A DNA stretch of 64,000 nucleotides from assembly GCA_040768745.1 (NCBI GenBank), contig JAXGMI010000001.1:32001-96000 (forward strand). Reading direction: 5' to 3'. The notes under the pieces were generated by a model that saw nothing but the letters and a program-made list of their open reading frames with translations, had not been told where the DNA came from and searched no databases. Position numbers and translations under genes: made by a program. Of the stretch, positions 48,130 through 58,345 are shown one piece after another. Within the stretch, counting starts at the first letter, position 1. The number at the start of each line of letters is the position of its first letter. Source of the DNA: Desulfomicrobium sp. (GTDB taxonomy: Bacteria > Desulfobacterota > Desulfovibrionia > Desulfovibrionales > Desulfomicrobiaceae).

Positions 48130-48879
48130 TCACCTCGTGTGACAGCGTTTGCAGGATTTTTCGCCGAAAGGCCCTTTCCCGGCCTGTTCGTGACACGTCA
48201 TGCATTGGTCGTGGAACGAGTCCATACGGTGCGGCAAGGGGGTCGCATCCGTATCGAAGTGGCAGGAATTGCACGCAGGCTGCTCGCCGGCACCTTTGCC
48301 GGGAAGAAGCTGGTGGCACTCCTTGCAGCCTTCCAATTTCTTGTCATACATCTCGGCGTGACAGTTCTGGCACTTGTTGTGCACAGCATCTCGCAGGGCC
48401 AGGGTGTTCCCCTCGGCCTTCTCGCCATGACATTGATTGCACGCACCCGGCTCGGCCTCGATGTCCGTACCATGGTGGCAGTCCGTGCAGGCTGAAGCAT
48501 ACTGATCGATGTGGTCCTGATGACTCCAGGTCAGCTTGCCCAGCTCCGCGTGATGGCAGTTGATACAGGTTTCCGCAGGCAGGTTTTTCTGATGGTCCGC
48601 AGAAAACTTCGCGTCGAATTCGGTTGCGTGACATGAACCGCAGGGAACGGGGTTCAGGTTCGGCTTCTCGCTTTCATGATGGCATTTGACGCAGTCTCCG
48701 CCGTCTTTCTTGACGTATTCCACGTGACGGGAATGTGTGAAGACTACATCACCGCCCTTATTGTCCAGTCGAAGACGTACAGGCAGTTGCTCAGATGGTG
48801 CCGGCGCGAATAGCCCGCCGATGGCCAGAATCGCCAACATACCACAGACGATGATGATGGAAACGTAACGATTTTTCAA
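48130..48879 (-). CDS. dhcA: Decaheme cytochrome c (DhcA-like)
   Basis: Ten CxxCH motifs counted, N-terminal signal/TM, first gene of the rnf operon, TTG start. Confidence 0.9.
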   Translation of the reverse strand: MKNRYVSIIIVCGMLAILAIGGLFAPAPSEQLPVRLRLDNKGGDVVFTHSRHVEYVKKDGGDCVKCHHESEKPNLNPVPCGSCHATEFDAKFSADHQKNLPAETCINCHHAELGKLTWSHQDHIDQYASACTDCHHGTDIEAEPGACNQCHGEKAEGNTLALRDAVHNKCQNCHAEMYDKKLEGCKECHQLLPGKGAGEQPACNSCHFDTDATPLPHRMDSFHDQCMTCHEQAGKGPFGEKSCKRCHTR

Positions 48880-49323
48880 GGCAGTGTCCTTGTGCTACGG
48901 TTAGACGCAACTACAGACAAGACGCTTGCATCAAGCGCCTATTACCAAAAGAATAGATCATGGCGTTCAGCCTTTTCCAATCTAAAAAAGCCTTTCGGAG
49001 TCCCTATTCAATTATCGATTTTTTGTAAACCCAAATCTGGAACGATTTGAAAACTCAACCAGTTTGCTCTGAATTATTGCAGGATATGACGGCATGCACC
49101 CCCTACCCAGACCCCAAGTGTCACATGCGCAAATCACTGAAAACACAATCTTGTCCAAAACGAACCAGATGCGCAGCGCGTCGCCCTGTTCGATGTCTGG
49201 TCCCCGACCATGGCCCTTCGGCAGCCGCGCCACACCTGCAAAACACAATCATACTGAGATGACCCGAACGAAAATTTTCCGGGATTGGCGGCAACGCATA
49301 GCAAACCGGGCGCACGGATACTC

Positions 49324-49355
49324 AAAAGCCCGGAAGCTTGCGCCACCGGGCTTTT
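49324..49355. terminator. Intrinsic terminator
   Basis: AAAAGCCCGG...CCGGGCTTTT downstream of the 49373 gene. Confidence 0.7.
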
Positions 49356-49372
49356 CTGTTATTGTGCGCCGT

Positions 49373-49750
49373 TTATTTCGAGTCATGCAGGTCCTGGCCG
49401 ATCTCCTGCAGCAGGGTACGTATGACAGACAGCTTGTCCCGATGCCGGCCACCCAGGCGCTGCTCCAGATCGTCGGCGGCATGGGCCATGGACCTGACCT
49501 GGTTCTCCATGGTCATGACCGTGGTCTTGCGCGGAAGGGTGTTCAGCTCGGTGACCTTGCTGTCCAGCATGGTGTGCCGGGATTCAAGCATCAACACTGC
49601 GCTGTTCAGGCTCTTGAGCTCCTCGATTTCCTGGCCCAACCCGGCGACGTTCTGGTGCAACCCGTAGAAAAAAACGAGGAGCAGAAGCAGGGTGCAGACC
49701 GCAAGACCCACGGCAAGTCTGTCCCGACTGAACACTTCTTTGGAAATCAT
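49373..49750 (-). CDS. Hypothetical TM-anchored coiled-coil protein
   Basis: ATG 49750 with AGGAG RBS; one TM segment followed by a heptad-like helix. Confidence 0.7.
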   Translation of the reverse strand: MISKEVFSRDRLAVGLAVCTLLLLLVFFYGLHQNVAGLGQEIEELKSLNSAVLMLESRHTMLDSKVTELNTLPRKTTVMTMENQVRSMAHAADDLEQRLGGRHRDKLSVIRTLLQEIGQDLHDSK

Positions 49751-49813
49751 ACGTTCTCCTGCGGAAAATGCCCTGCAATTTGTACTGGAAAAACAGTGCG
49801 GACTCAAGCCTCC

Positions 49814-51187
49814 CTAGTTTATGAGCGCCTGCAGCGGGGCGGGGATGGATCCACCCCGGCTGACAAAGCCCCCGGACACACCGTTGCTGCGCACGGACAT
49901 GATCTCCGCCTCGCCCAGGAGACCGCCGAAAAAGACCTTGTCCCCTGCCTTTTTGCCCGGCACCGGGATGAGGCGGGCTGCTGTGGTCTTCTTGTTGATC
50001 ATCCCGATGGCCATTTCGTCGGCGATGATCCCGGACAAGGTTTCCGCCGTGGTCTCTCCTGGCAGGGCGACCATGTCCAGACCCACGGAACAGACAGCGG
50101 TCATGGCTTCGAGCTTTTCGAGGCAGAGTTGGCCGCCGGAAACGGCGGCAGCGATATTGAGGTCCTCGCTGACCGGGATGAATGCGCCGCTCAGACCTCC
50201 GACCCGTGAACTGGCAAAGGCTCCCCCTTTTTTGACCGCGTCGTTGATCATGGCCAGGGCGGCGGTGGACCCTGGCACGCCGATGGCCCCAAGGCCCAGG
50301 GATTGGAAGATCTCGCCTACGCTGTCGCCGACATGGGGGGTCGGGGCCAGGGACAGATCCACGATGCCGAATTCAACACCCAGGAGCCTGGCCACCTCGC
50401 GCCCGATGATCTCCCCCACGCGGGTGACCTTGAATGCCGTGCGCTTGATGACTTCCGAAAGTTCACCCAGATGGGCGCCGGGATTGTCCAACAGGGCGCG
50501 ATCCAGGGCTTTTTTGACCACTCCGGGACCGCTGACCCCGACATTGATGACCGAACTGGCCTCGCCCACGCCCAGGTAGGCGCCGGCCATGAACGGCACA
50601 TCCTCGGGGATGTTGGCGAAGACGACCAGCTTGGCACATCCCAGCCCGTCGCGGTCCCTGGTGCGTTCGGCTGTTGCCTTGATGGTCCGGCCCATGAGGG
50701 CCACGGCATCCATGTTGATACCGGCCCTGGTTGTGGCCACGTTGACGGACGAGCACAGACGTTGGGTCACGTCCAGGGCTTCCGGAATGGCATCGATGAG
50801 GGCCAGATCCCCCTTGGCCATGCCCTTTTCAACCAGGGCTCCGAATCCACCTATGAAATCGACCTTCACGTCGCTGGCGGCCTGATCCAGAGTCTTGGCC
50901 ACCTCGACCATGCCTCGGCTGCCAAAAGGCGCCGCAGCCACGGCAATGGGGCTGACCGAAATGCGCTTGTTCACCACGGGAATCCCGAAACGGTCCCCTA
51001 CCTCGTCGCACACCGTGACAAGATCCTTGGCCAGAACCGTGATGCGCTTGTAAACAGTGTCGATGAAACGGGACAGGTCATGGGATGCGCAATCCAGGAG
51101 GCTGATGCCCAGGGTCACGGTGCGCACGTCCAGATTCTCGTTCTTGATCATGGACAGGGTGGAAAGAACCTCGCGGTCGTTCAACAT
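49814..51187 (-). CDS. UPF0210 (PFL-like, DUF711) protein
   Basis: ENLDVRTVTLGISL, NKRISVSPI, DLSLAPTP and LEAMTAVCSVGLDM. Confidence 0.92.
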   Translation of the reverse strand: MLNDREVLSTLSMIKNENLDVRTVTLGISLLDCASHDLSRFIDTVYKRITVLAKDLVTVCDEVGDRFGIPVVNKRISVSPIAVAAAPFGSRGMVEVAKTLDQAASDVKVDFIGGFGALVEKGMAKGDLALIDAIPEALDVTQRLCSSVNVATTRAGINMDAVALMGRTIKATAERTRDRDGLGCAKLVVFANIPEDVPFMAGAYLGVGEASSVINVGVSGPGVVKKALDRALLDNPGAHLGELSEVIKRTAFKVTRVGEIIGREVARLLGVEFGIVDLSLAPTPHVGDSVGEIFQSLGLGAIGVPGSTAALAMINDAVKKGGAFASSRVGGLSGAFIPVSEDLNIAAAVSGGQLCLEKLEAMTAVCSVGLDMVALPGETTAETLSGIIADEMAIGMINKKTTAARLIPVPGKKAGDKVFFGGLLGEAEIMSVRSNGVSGGFVSRGGSIPAPLQALIN

Positions 51188-51197
51188 GCCGGTGCTC

Positions 51198-51749
51198 CTA
51201 AATGCGATGAAGAGTTTCAAAGATGTCGCGATGCTGGACCGAGGAATCCAACCCGTGCGCAACGCAGGCACCGCCGACGATCTGGCGCAGCCGGCGGTGT
51301 TCCACGCCCATGGGCACATCGACCTCGAATATCATGATCATCTCGTCCACTCCCGACTCCTGGGTGATAATGGCCCGGAAATTTGTCACGTTGCACTCCA
51401 GGGAAGCGATGGCCGTCGTCACGGCGGCAATGGTGCCGGGCTTGTCCACCCCCCTGGTGGTGATCACAAAAGGCTGGGTCGTCACTGCCGTGGGGCTGGC
51501 CTGGGCGGTCATGGGCCGCAGGTGGGCACTCAGTTGCAGAGAACCCAAGGCCTGGTTCAAGGCCTGTCCGATTTCCTGCAGAGGATGTGCTTTGGGGTTG
51601 GTTACAATAAAAATCGAGGCGAATTCCGTCTGCAGGATGGTCTGACTGACGTCTTCGATATTGCATCCATACCTGAACAGAATGCTCGATATTTTGGCCA
51701 GGATGCCCGGCTTGTCCTGGCCGATGACCGACAGCACAAACTTTGTCAT
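51198..51749 (-). CDS. Tandem ACT-domain protein (GcvR-like)
   Basis: Two ACT repeats (GQDKPGI, GVDKPGT) and C-terminal [12 protein letters not shown]. Confidence 0.88.
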   Translation of the reverse strand: MTKFVLSVIGQDKPGILAKISSILFRYGCNIEDVSQTILQTEFASIFIVTNPKAHPLQEIGQALNQALGSLQLSAHLRPMTAQASPTAVTTQPFVITTRGVDKPGTIAAVTTAIASLECNVTNFRAIITQESGVDEMIMIFEVDVPMGVEHRRLRQIVGGACVAHGLDSSVQHRDIFETLHRI

Positions 51750-51895
51750 GCGCCCTCCGCGGTTCGAGAAAGTTCTGTTCTATTGCGTGGGGCGACGCGG
51801 TGCGTCAAGCCCCATCCCATGGTGGCCATTCGCGGAGAGATGAGCTAGGGAGGCTGCCCATCACAACATTTCATCATGTCAGCATCGAGGTCGCC

Positions 51896-53077
51896 ATGAC
51901 ACAGATAGGAACCCCCCTCTCCCCGGCAGCCACCAAGGTTCTCATGCTCGGCGCGGGCGAACTGGGCAAGGAAGTGGTCATTGCACTGCAACGCCTGGGC
52001 GTGGAGGTCGTGGCCGTGGACCGCTACCCCAATGCCCCGGCCATGCAGGTCGCCCATCGCGCACACGCTTTTTCCATGCTGGACGGACAGGCCCTGCGCC
52101 GGATCATCGAATCCGAAAAGCCGGACTTCATCGTCCCGGAAATTGAAGCCATCGCCACGGACACCCTGGTGGAGCTGGAAGCCGAGGGCTACACGGTCAT
52201 CCCCACGGCCCGGGCCGCGAAACTGACAATGAACCGCGAAGGCATCCGCCGCCTGGCCGCAGAGGAGCTGGGCTTGCGGACATCCGCCTACCGTTTTGCC
52301 GAAAGCTTCGAGCAGTATCTGGCCGCCATCGCAGCACTGGGCACGCCATGTGTGGTCAAGCCCATCATGAGTTCCTCCGGAAAGGGGCAGTCCGTGGTCA
52401 GGACTGCTGCAGACGCAGAAAAATCCTGGACATACGCCCAGGAAGGCGGACGGACAGGCAAAGGCAAGGTCATTGTCGAGGGGTTTGTCGACTTCGACTA
52501 CGAAATCACCCTGCTCACGGTCCGTCACACCGGGGGAACCACCTTTTGCGCTCCCATCGGCCACTACCAGAAGGACGGTGACTACCAACAGTCCTGGCAG
52601 CCCCAGCCCATGAGCGAGACCGCCTTGAGCGAGGCCCGGCGCGTGGCCGGGGCCATCACGGAAGCCCTGGGCGGACGAGGCATCTTCGGGGTGGAGCTTT
52701 TCGTCAAGGGCGATACGGTATATTTCAGCGAGGTCTCTCCCCGCCCCCACGACACGGGGCTGGTGACCCTCATCTCCCAGGATCTTTCGGAATTCGACCT
52801 GCACGCCCGGGCCATCCTCGGCCTTCCCGTGCCCGCTATCCGCCAGCACGGACCATCGGCCTCCAGCGTCATCCTGGTGCAAGGCACATCCGACCGGGTT
52901 GTTTTCGGCAACCTGGAAACGGCCCTGGCCGAGCCAGACACGGATCTGCGCCTGTTCGGCAAGCCGGAAGTCTCGGGCAAACGGCGCATGGGCGTGGCCC
53001 TGGCCCGGGATGAAAACGTGGACAAGGCCCTGGACAAGGCAATACGCGCATCGGCCGCGGTCAAAGTCACGCTCTGA
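51896..53077 (+). CDS. purT: Formate-dependent GAR transformylase PurT
   Basis: [40 protein letters not shown] and RRMGVALA. Confidence 0.97.
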   Translation: MTQIGTPLSPAATKVLMLGAGELGKEVVIALQRLGVEVVAVDRYPNAPAMQVAHRAHAFSMLDGQALRRIIESEKPDFIVPEIEAIATDTLVELEAEGYTVIPTARAAKLTMNREGIRRLAAEELGLRTSAYRFAESFEQYLAAIAALGTPCVVKPIMSSSGKGQSVVRTAADAEKSWTYAQEGGRTGKGKVIVEGFVDFDYEITLLTVRHTGGTTFCAPIGHYQKDGDYQQSWQPQPMSETALSEARRVAGAITEALGGRGIFGVELFVKGDTVYFSEVSPRPHDTGLVTLISQDLSEFDLHARAILGLPVPAIRQHGPSASSVILVQGTSDRVVFGNLETALAEPDTDLRLFGKPEVSGKRRMGVALARDENVDKALDKAIRASAAVKVTL

Positions 53078-53240
53078 TCAGAGATACGGTCAAGGATTCT
53101 CTTGTGTTCTGGGCAGGCCTGCACTAGAGGTCTTCGGTCCAGGCGATATCGCCGCAATCCACTCCGGCAGGTCCCGCTGCAAACAAAGGCCCTGGCCTTT
53201 TCGCGACCGGATCTCTGCCTTTTTCCGCCAAGGAGCAACC

Positions 53241-53780
53241 ATGTTGAAAAGATTGGTTTTGATGTTGTGTCTCCTCCTCAGCTGCGCCACGGCCTACGGC
53301 GCAGAAAAAGAGCATCGCGCCCTGGCCGAGGAATTGATCAGGATCACTGACGGCGACACGGTCATGGAGAGAATGAAGGCCCAGGTGACCATGATTTTCC
53401 AGCAGATCACCGCACAGATGAATGTGCAGGAGGCGGACAAGCCCAAGCTTGAAAAGTTCACCAAGCGCTTTGACGCCATCGTGAAGGAGGACATGGCCTG
53501 GGACAAGGTCAAGACCCAGTACGTGGACCTCTACACCTCGGTATTCACTGAAGAGGAAACCAAAGGTCTGGTCGACTTCTACAAGTCCGACCTGGGCAAA
53601 AAAGTCACCGCCAAGATGCCCGAACTCATGCAGCAGAGCCTGACCGTGGCCCGCACCTACATGCAGAATGTTGTGCCCAAGCTTGAAGGTCTGACCGAGG
53701 AAATGCGCAAGGAATTCGCCCCGCCTGCAGCGCCGGCCACTCCTGCACCCGATGCCGGGAAAACGGACACCAAGAAATAA
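53241..53780 (+). CDS. DUF2059 exported protein
   Basis: Signal peptide and YTSVFTEEETKGLVDFYKSDLGKK. Confidence 0.85.
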   Translation: MLKRLVLMLCLLLSCATAYGAEKEHRALAEELIRITDGDTVMERMKAQVTMIFQQITAQMNVQEADKPKLEKFTKRFDAIVKEDMAWDKVKTQYVDLYTSVFTEEETKGLVDFYKSDLGKKVTAKMPELMQQSLTVARTYMQNVVPKLEGLTEEMRKEFAPPAAPATPAPDAGKTDTKK

Positions 53781-53804
53781 CGTCTTTGCACCTTTGGCGT
53801 TCAC

Positions 53805-53836
53805 AGCTCCGCCGGTTCTGCCGGCGGAGCTTTTTC
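53805..53836. terminator. Terminator between convergent genes
   Basis: AGCTCCGCCGG...CCGGCGGAGCT followed by a T run. Confidence 0.75.
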
Positions 53837-53842
53837 ATGGCC

Positions 53843-54310
53843 TCAGGACAGCAGGAGGCGGATCTCACGCCGGGCTGCTTCGAGAAATTTGGGATACGCG
53901 GCCTGAAGCGGAGCGGATAGCTCCATGCTCCACTGGTTGATGGTCAGGGGCTCGATCCCCACAACTACGAGGTCCGGCTTGTTGCCCAGGAGCTCTGCCA
54001 TCCTGAGGGAATCGAGCAGGTCAATGTCGTGCAGGGACAAGCGCTGCTCCTCGTTTTCGCGCAGATTGGCCTCGGTGAAGCGGTATATGGTGCCGGGAAC
54101 ACCTCCGGCCTTGACTGCATCCAGGACCAGGACACATTCATATTCCTGGAAAATATGAAAAATATCCTGGGTAAAGGTAGCCCCGTCCAGAAAATCCACC
54201 TGCCGGAAATCCCAGTGGCTTTCCTGCCCCAGAGCATTGACTGCGTGTACGCCCACGCCCTCGTCCGTCAGCAGCAGATTCCCCACACCGAGCACCAACA
54301 GTCGCTTCAT
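53843..54310 (-). CDS. Hydrogenase maturation endopeptidase for the [NiFeSe] enzyme
   Basis: LVLGVGNLLLTDEGVG, LDG, DAV and SLHD; lies downstream of hysA. Confidence 0.92.
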   Translation of the reverse strand: MKRLLVLGVGNLLLTDEGVGVHAVNALGQESHWDFRQVDFLDGATFTQDIFHIFQEYECVLVLDAVKAGGVPGTIYRFTEANLRENEEQRLSLHDIDLLDSLRMAELLGNKPDLVVVGIEPLTINQWSMELSAPLQAAYPKFLEAARREIRLLLS

Positions 54311-54376
54311 GCGCTCTCCGTCAGTCCTAAACAAAAGGGCCGGTCACCCGGCCCTCTCTGATTCTGGAAATGGGCG

Positions 54377-55933
54377 TCAGTCAACGCTGACAATGTGTTC
54401 TTCACCGGTCTCAGCGTGCAGCACGTGCACGGCACAGCCCAGTCACGGGTCATAGGATCGGATGAGCCGCCCCACATTCACGGGATTCTTGATGTCCGGA
54501 ACGGGCACGCCAATGAGAGCCTGCTCGATGGGGCCACGCTGGCCCATGTCGTCCATGGGGTTTGCGTTCCAGAGCGTGGCGGATACAACCTGATAATTGT
54601 CGATCTTCTTGCCCTTGATCTTCAGATAGTGCAGCAGCGCGCCCCGCGGGGCCTCGGTGAAACCCGTACCTTCGGCCTCCTCCGGTATCTCTGCCTTGAC
54701 ATAGGTCTCGGCCCCGGGCTGCACCTGCTTGAGCCATTTCTCGATGCCCACAGCGGTCAGCCAGGTTTCCTCTGCGCGGGCCACGTGGCGGCCCATGATG
54801 GAGAAGGCCTTGTCTCCCAGGTCACGGAACTTCGTGGCTTCGATGCCATAAAGGTTTTTGAGCATCTTCTGGCCCACGGGGCTCAATTCCGGATTCTCAA
54901 CCCACATGCGGGCCAGAGGACCGACTTCACAGGGTTTGTCCTTGTATCGGGGGGACTTGATAAAGCTGTACGCCCCCGACTTGTCCGGATTGGGATTGGT
55001 TTCACCCTGGCTGTAGTGCAGGCCACCAACAGTCGACTGGTCGAAGAAAGAGTGACCTACGTATTCCTTGACCAGCTTGGGATCGAATTCCTCGTCCTTG
55101 CCGTCGATGTAGACACCGGGTTTGAGCAGGAAGGTCGTGTATTCGTCGTCCTGGGGAAAGACCCCGAAGGCGATGACGTTCTTCCACCCGACCCCGGTTT
55201 CGAACAGGTCGGTGTACACGGCTCCCAATGTATACACCAGGGGCAGGTACTCCTCGGTCACGAACTTCTGCACTTCCTTGAACCGGACGGCATACTGGGC
55301 CAGCTTCTCGGCCGTAGGAATTTGGGTGGCCCCGCCCACGACCATGCCCTGCACATGGGGCATGCGTCCGCCGAACATGGCCACCATTTCGTGGCAGATG
55401 CGACGCATTTCCAGGGCCTTCAGGTACTGGTTCAAGCCAAAGGCATTGGTCGCTCCGGCCTTGGCCGGATCCTTGATGCGGTCCGTCAACAGGTCGGCGT
55501 TGTCGTAGCGGGGCACGAACGGGGAGACATCTGGACCTTTGACATAGTCCAGGGCTGCCAAATGGTAGAAATGCAGAATGTGGGACTGCAGGTAGTTGGC
55601 CCCGAAGATCAGGTTACGGGTGATACGCCCGTTGCTGGTCACCTTGACCCCGAATGCGTCATCCTGGGCCATGACCGAGGCAGTGCAATGGGCCGTGGGG
55701 CAGACGCCGCAGATGCGCTGCACGATCTGGGAGGAGTCCCGGGGATCGCGGCCTTTGAGGATCTGCTCGAATCCACGGAACATGCCGCCGTAGCATTTTG
55801 CATCGACGACCTTGCCGTCCTTGACCTCGACCTCGATCTTGAGATGGCCTTCGACCCTGGTCACCGGATCGATGGCGATTTTTATCTTCTGTCCGACGGC
55901 CTCGCCGGCCGCGGCGTTAGCTGCTTGTGACAC
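54377..55933 (-). CDS. hysA: [NiFeSe] hydrogenase large subunit, selenoprotein (UGA at 54443-54445)
   Basis: RICGVC N-terminal motif. The C-terminus reads RSYDP-UGA-LGCAVHVLHAETGEEHIVSVD-stop, so UGA occupies the first Cys of the DPCxxC motif. Confidence 0.97.
54405..54445 (-). promoter_or_regulatory. Candidate bacterial SECIS element
   Basis: Minus strand UGACUGGGCUGUGC-CGUGCA-CGUGC-UGCACG forms a hairpin just 3' of the Sec codon. Confidence 0.65.
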
Positions 55934-55948
55934 GCATGTCCTCCTTGA

Positions 55949-56896
55949 TTATTCCGCTACGTAGAAAGGAGACTTCCCATCGGGAAAGTCCGGTTCCACA
56001 CAGCCGATGCACACCGCGTTCTCGACACACCAGTTGATGCCGTTGTTCCAGCGGCGCTTGTAGCAATCGGCCATGGTTGACGGCCCCTTGCAGCCAAGCT
56101 CTGCCTTGCAGCCAGGCCTGGTGAAGGTTTCCGCAAATTCGGAATTGTCGTACAGATGAATGTACGGACAGTTTTCATGGATGTTGTCCCCGAAGAAGAG
56201 CAGGGGGCGGCCATTCTCGTCCAGCTCTGGCAGCGGATGTTCCTTGGGATTGAGGACATGGCTCCAGGCGGCGACCAAGGTCCCGACCATCCAGTCCGGG
56301 TGGGGCGGACATCCAGGCACGTTGACCAGCAGCTTGTCGATATTTTCTTCGGCAAAGAAGTCGCGCACGCTTTTCGCACCGGTCACATTGCCAGCAGCGG
56401 CCGGGATTCCGCCGTAGGCCGAGCAGGTCCCGATGCCCACAGTGGCCAGGGACTTGGGTGCCAGGTCCCGGACCAGCTCCATCATGGTGATTTCCCTGTG
56501 ATGCCCCAGGCTGTCCTTTGTCTCACCGACAATGCAGTACCGGCCTTCCTTGGCTGTGGGGATGGCCCCTTCGACCAGAAGAAAAAAGCTCCCGTGAAAT
56601 TTCTCGGCGATCTCGTACATGTGCTCCACGGCAATCTCGCCTTCACTGGCCATGACCGTGGGATGGAACTCAAGACTGATCACATCCAGCAGAATCTCCT
56701 TGATTCTGGGGTGCACGGCGTTGAGCAGGGAAACAGAACATCCCGTGCATCCCTGGCCCTGAATCCAGATGACGGGCGCTTTTTTGGCCCCTTCGGACAT
56801 GGCATGCAGGATTCCTGGATGGAATATCTGGGAAATTCCCAGCCCGGCCACGCCCGCGGAACACAGTTTGACGAACTCACGTCTGCTTAAACTCAT
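55949..56896 (-). CDS. hysB: [NiFeSe] hydrogenase small subunit with Tat signal
   Basis: SRREFVK, CTGC, GCPP, HENC, GCKGP and CIGC. Confidence 0.95.
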   Translation of the reverse strand: MSLSRREFVKLCSAGVAGLGISQIFHPGILHAMSEGAKKAPVIWIQGQGCTGCSVSLLNAVHPRIKEILLDVISLEFHPTVMASEGEIAVEHMYEIAEKFHGSFFLLVEGAIPTAKEGRYCIVGETKDSLGHHREITMMELVRDLAPKSLATVGIGTCSAYGGIPAAAGNVTGAKSVRDFFAEENIDKLLVNVPGCPPHPDWMVGTLVAAWSHVLNPKEHPLPELDENGRPLLFFGDNIHENCPYIHLYDNSEFAETFTRPGCKAELGCKGPSTMADCYKRRWNNGINWCVENAVCIGCVEPDFPDGKSPFYVAE

Positions 56897-56951
56897 TCCC
56901 CCCTCCTTACGATGACAGCGTGCAGAGACATTGGTCTTCTACGGAAGGCGC

Positions 56952-56979
56952 AGTATCTTAAAATAATTTACAATGTCAA
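56952..56979 (-). promoter_or_regulatory. sigma70-like promoter of hysB with a Rex-like operator in the spacer
   Basis: Minus strand TTGACA-N16-GATACT. The overlapping TTGTAAATTATTTTAAGA matches TTGTGAA-N4-TTCACAA at 10/14. Confidence 0.5.
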
Positions 56980-57039
56980 CGTGACTTCGATCGGATTTTT
57001 CTATCGGACCCATCGCACCTCAGCGCGGCGAAACAAACC

Positions 57040-57855
57040 TCACCTGACGATTCTGGTAGGGTAGAAAGCCTGGGTGGCATTGTGCTGCCAGAGAAACTGG
57101 TGGATGATGTACCCGTCCGAGAAAAAGGTGACAGAACCCAGAACCGGATCGGGGTTAGCGGGATCTTCTCCGTACACGTAGATGAACCGGTTGAATCGAA
57201 ACAGCGGGCGGATGAGACCCATGTGCTCCGCATGCAGGACGAGATGCCCGCTCATGGCCCTGTCATCCTCGATCCACACCCGTCCCCCTGCCCCCAACGA
57301 ATATTCCCCGACATAGTTCTCCTCCACGAATTCCTCTGTGGCCAAGCCGTGCATGAAGCGCGCCTCGGCTCCGTGCTTGAGGATGTCCTGGCCGGACTCA
57401 TTGGCCAGGATCTTGCCCCCGGAGGCCGGAGAGCGTGGTGATTCGGCACAAACCTCCTGCGGTGCGGCATCAGAAGGCATGGATGTGGCGGGAGACGGCT
57501 GCCCCCCAGCATCCAGGGCTGGGACCTTGAGAGATTTGAAAACGGCAGCGCGCGGCTTTGGCCGCGGCTTCGACGATGGTGTCCGGGTCTGTTCGGGGTG
57601 CCGGGATACCGATGCCTGCTCCGGGCTGCCACCGGCTGGTCTGACCTGAGCACGGACAGGAACGGGGGGCACGATATCGACCACGACCAGCAGGTGCTGC
57701 GGACTCTGGAAAGCAGGACGCACCTCGAGCCCACGCAGCACGACACCGTGCAGGAAAAGGGAAAGCGTCACCGAGACGACCCATGCCCACCAGGCGGAAA
57801 CACCCTGTCTTCCGTGCGGGGGTGAAAACTGCTCTACAGGCTTTGTCACGTGCAT
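57040..57855 (-). CDS. Hypothetical membrane-anchored protein (TM, Pro-rich linker, unknown domain)
   Basis: TM with SVTLSLFLHG (TonB/TolA-like S..H anchor), P/S/A-rich linker, and a C-terminal domain duplicated at 34336-34776. Confidence 0.78.
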   Translation of the reverse strand: MHVTKPVEQFSPPHGRQGVSAWWAWVVSVTLSLFLHGVVLRGLEVRPAFQSPQHLLVVVDIVPPVPVRAQVRPAGGSPEQASVSRHPEQTRTPSSKPRPKPRAAVFKSLKVPALDAGGQPSPATSMPSDAAPQEVCAESPRSPASGGKILANESGQDILKHGAEARFMHGLATEEFVEENYVGEYSLGAGGRVWIEDDRAMSGHLVLHAEHMGLIRPLFRFNRFIYVYGEDPANPDPVLGSVTFFSDGYIIHQFLWQHNATQAFYPTRIVR

Positions 57856-58203
57856 CGTCCCTTCTCAGCCACGATATCCGGCTTGCTCTTCGCGACCACT
57901 CCGGCCGCTGACCCGAAGCATGCCCCCGGCACGGAACGCAGATGATTTTTGAGCCCCTTTCTCTGGGATTTCATGCTCCCGATCAGATCAGCTGGCTGTG
58001 CACGGACCATAAACCTCATCCCCTGCCATCACAACAGGAGCTTGCATCTTCTCTTGGTCCGGAATCTCCTCGTGCTGAACCATCCGCCCATGTGTTGATG
58101 CGGGTGCGACCCTGCCTGGATTGGGGGGTCCGCGAAAATACCGATTCAAAAAAAATAACACTGCATGCTGTATGGATTTCTCCAATGCAACTCCGTGTTC
58201 CCA

Positions 58204-58237
58204 TTCGACAATACACCATATCCTTTTCGACAATACA
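58204..58237 (+). repeat. 12-bp direct repeat upstream of the [NiFe] hydrogenase operon
   Basis: TTCGACAATACA at 58204 and 58226 (22-bp period), followed by TTGACC at 58240. Confidence 0.85.
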
Positions 58238-58313
58238 TATTGACCGAATTTGTCTTTCAAAGTAAGCAGAAAAAAAGGGAAATGTAAAAGATGAGACTTC
58301 ACTCGCGGCTATG

Positions 58314-58345
58314 ACTTTCGGCAACTTCTGCCGGAAGTTTTTTTT
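58314..58345 (+). terminator. Terminator-like hairpin in the hyn leader
   Basis: ACTTTCGGCA-acttc-TGCCGGAAGT (10 bp, one G-U), with a T8 run at 58338-58345. Confidence 0.6.

Noticed and set aside
54443..54445. Premature stop or pseudogene in the hydrogenase large subunit
   Set aside because: UGA aligns with the Ni-ligating Cys and the conserved C-terminus follows in frame, so it is selenocysteine.
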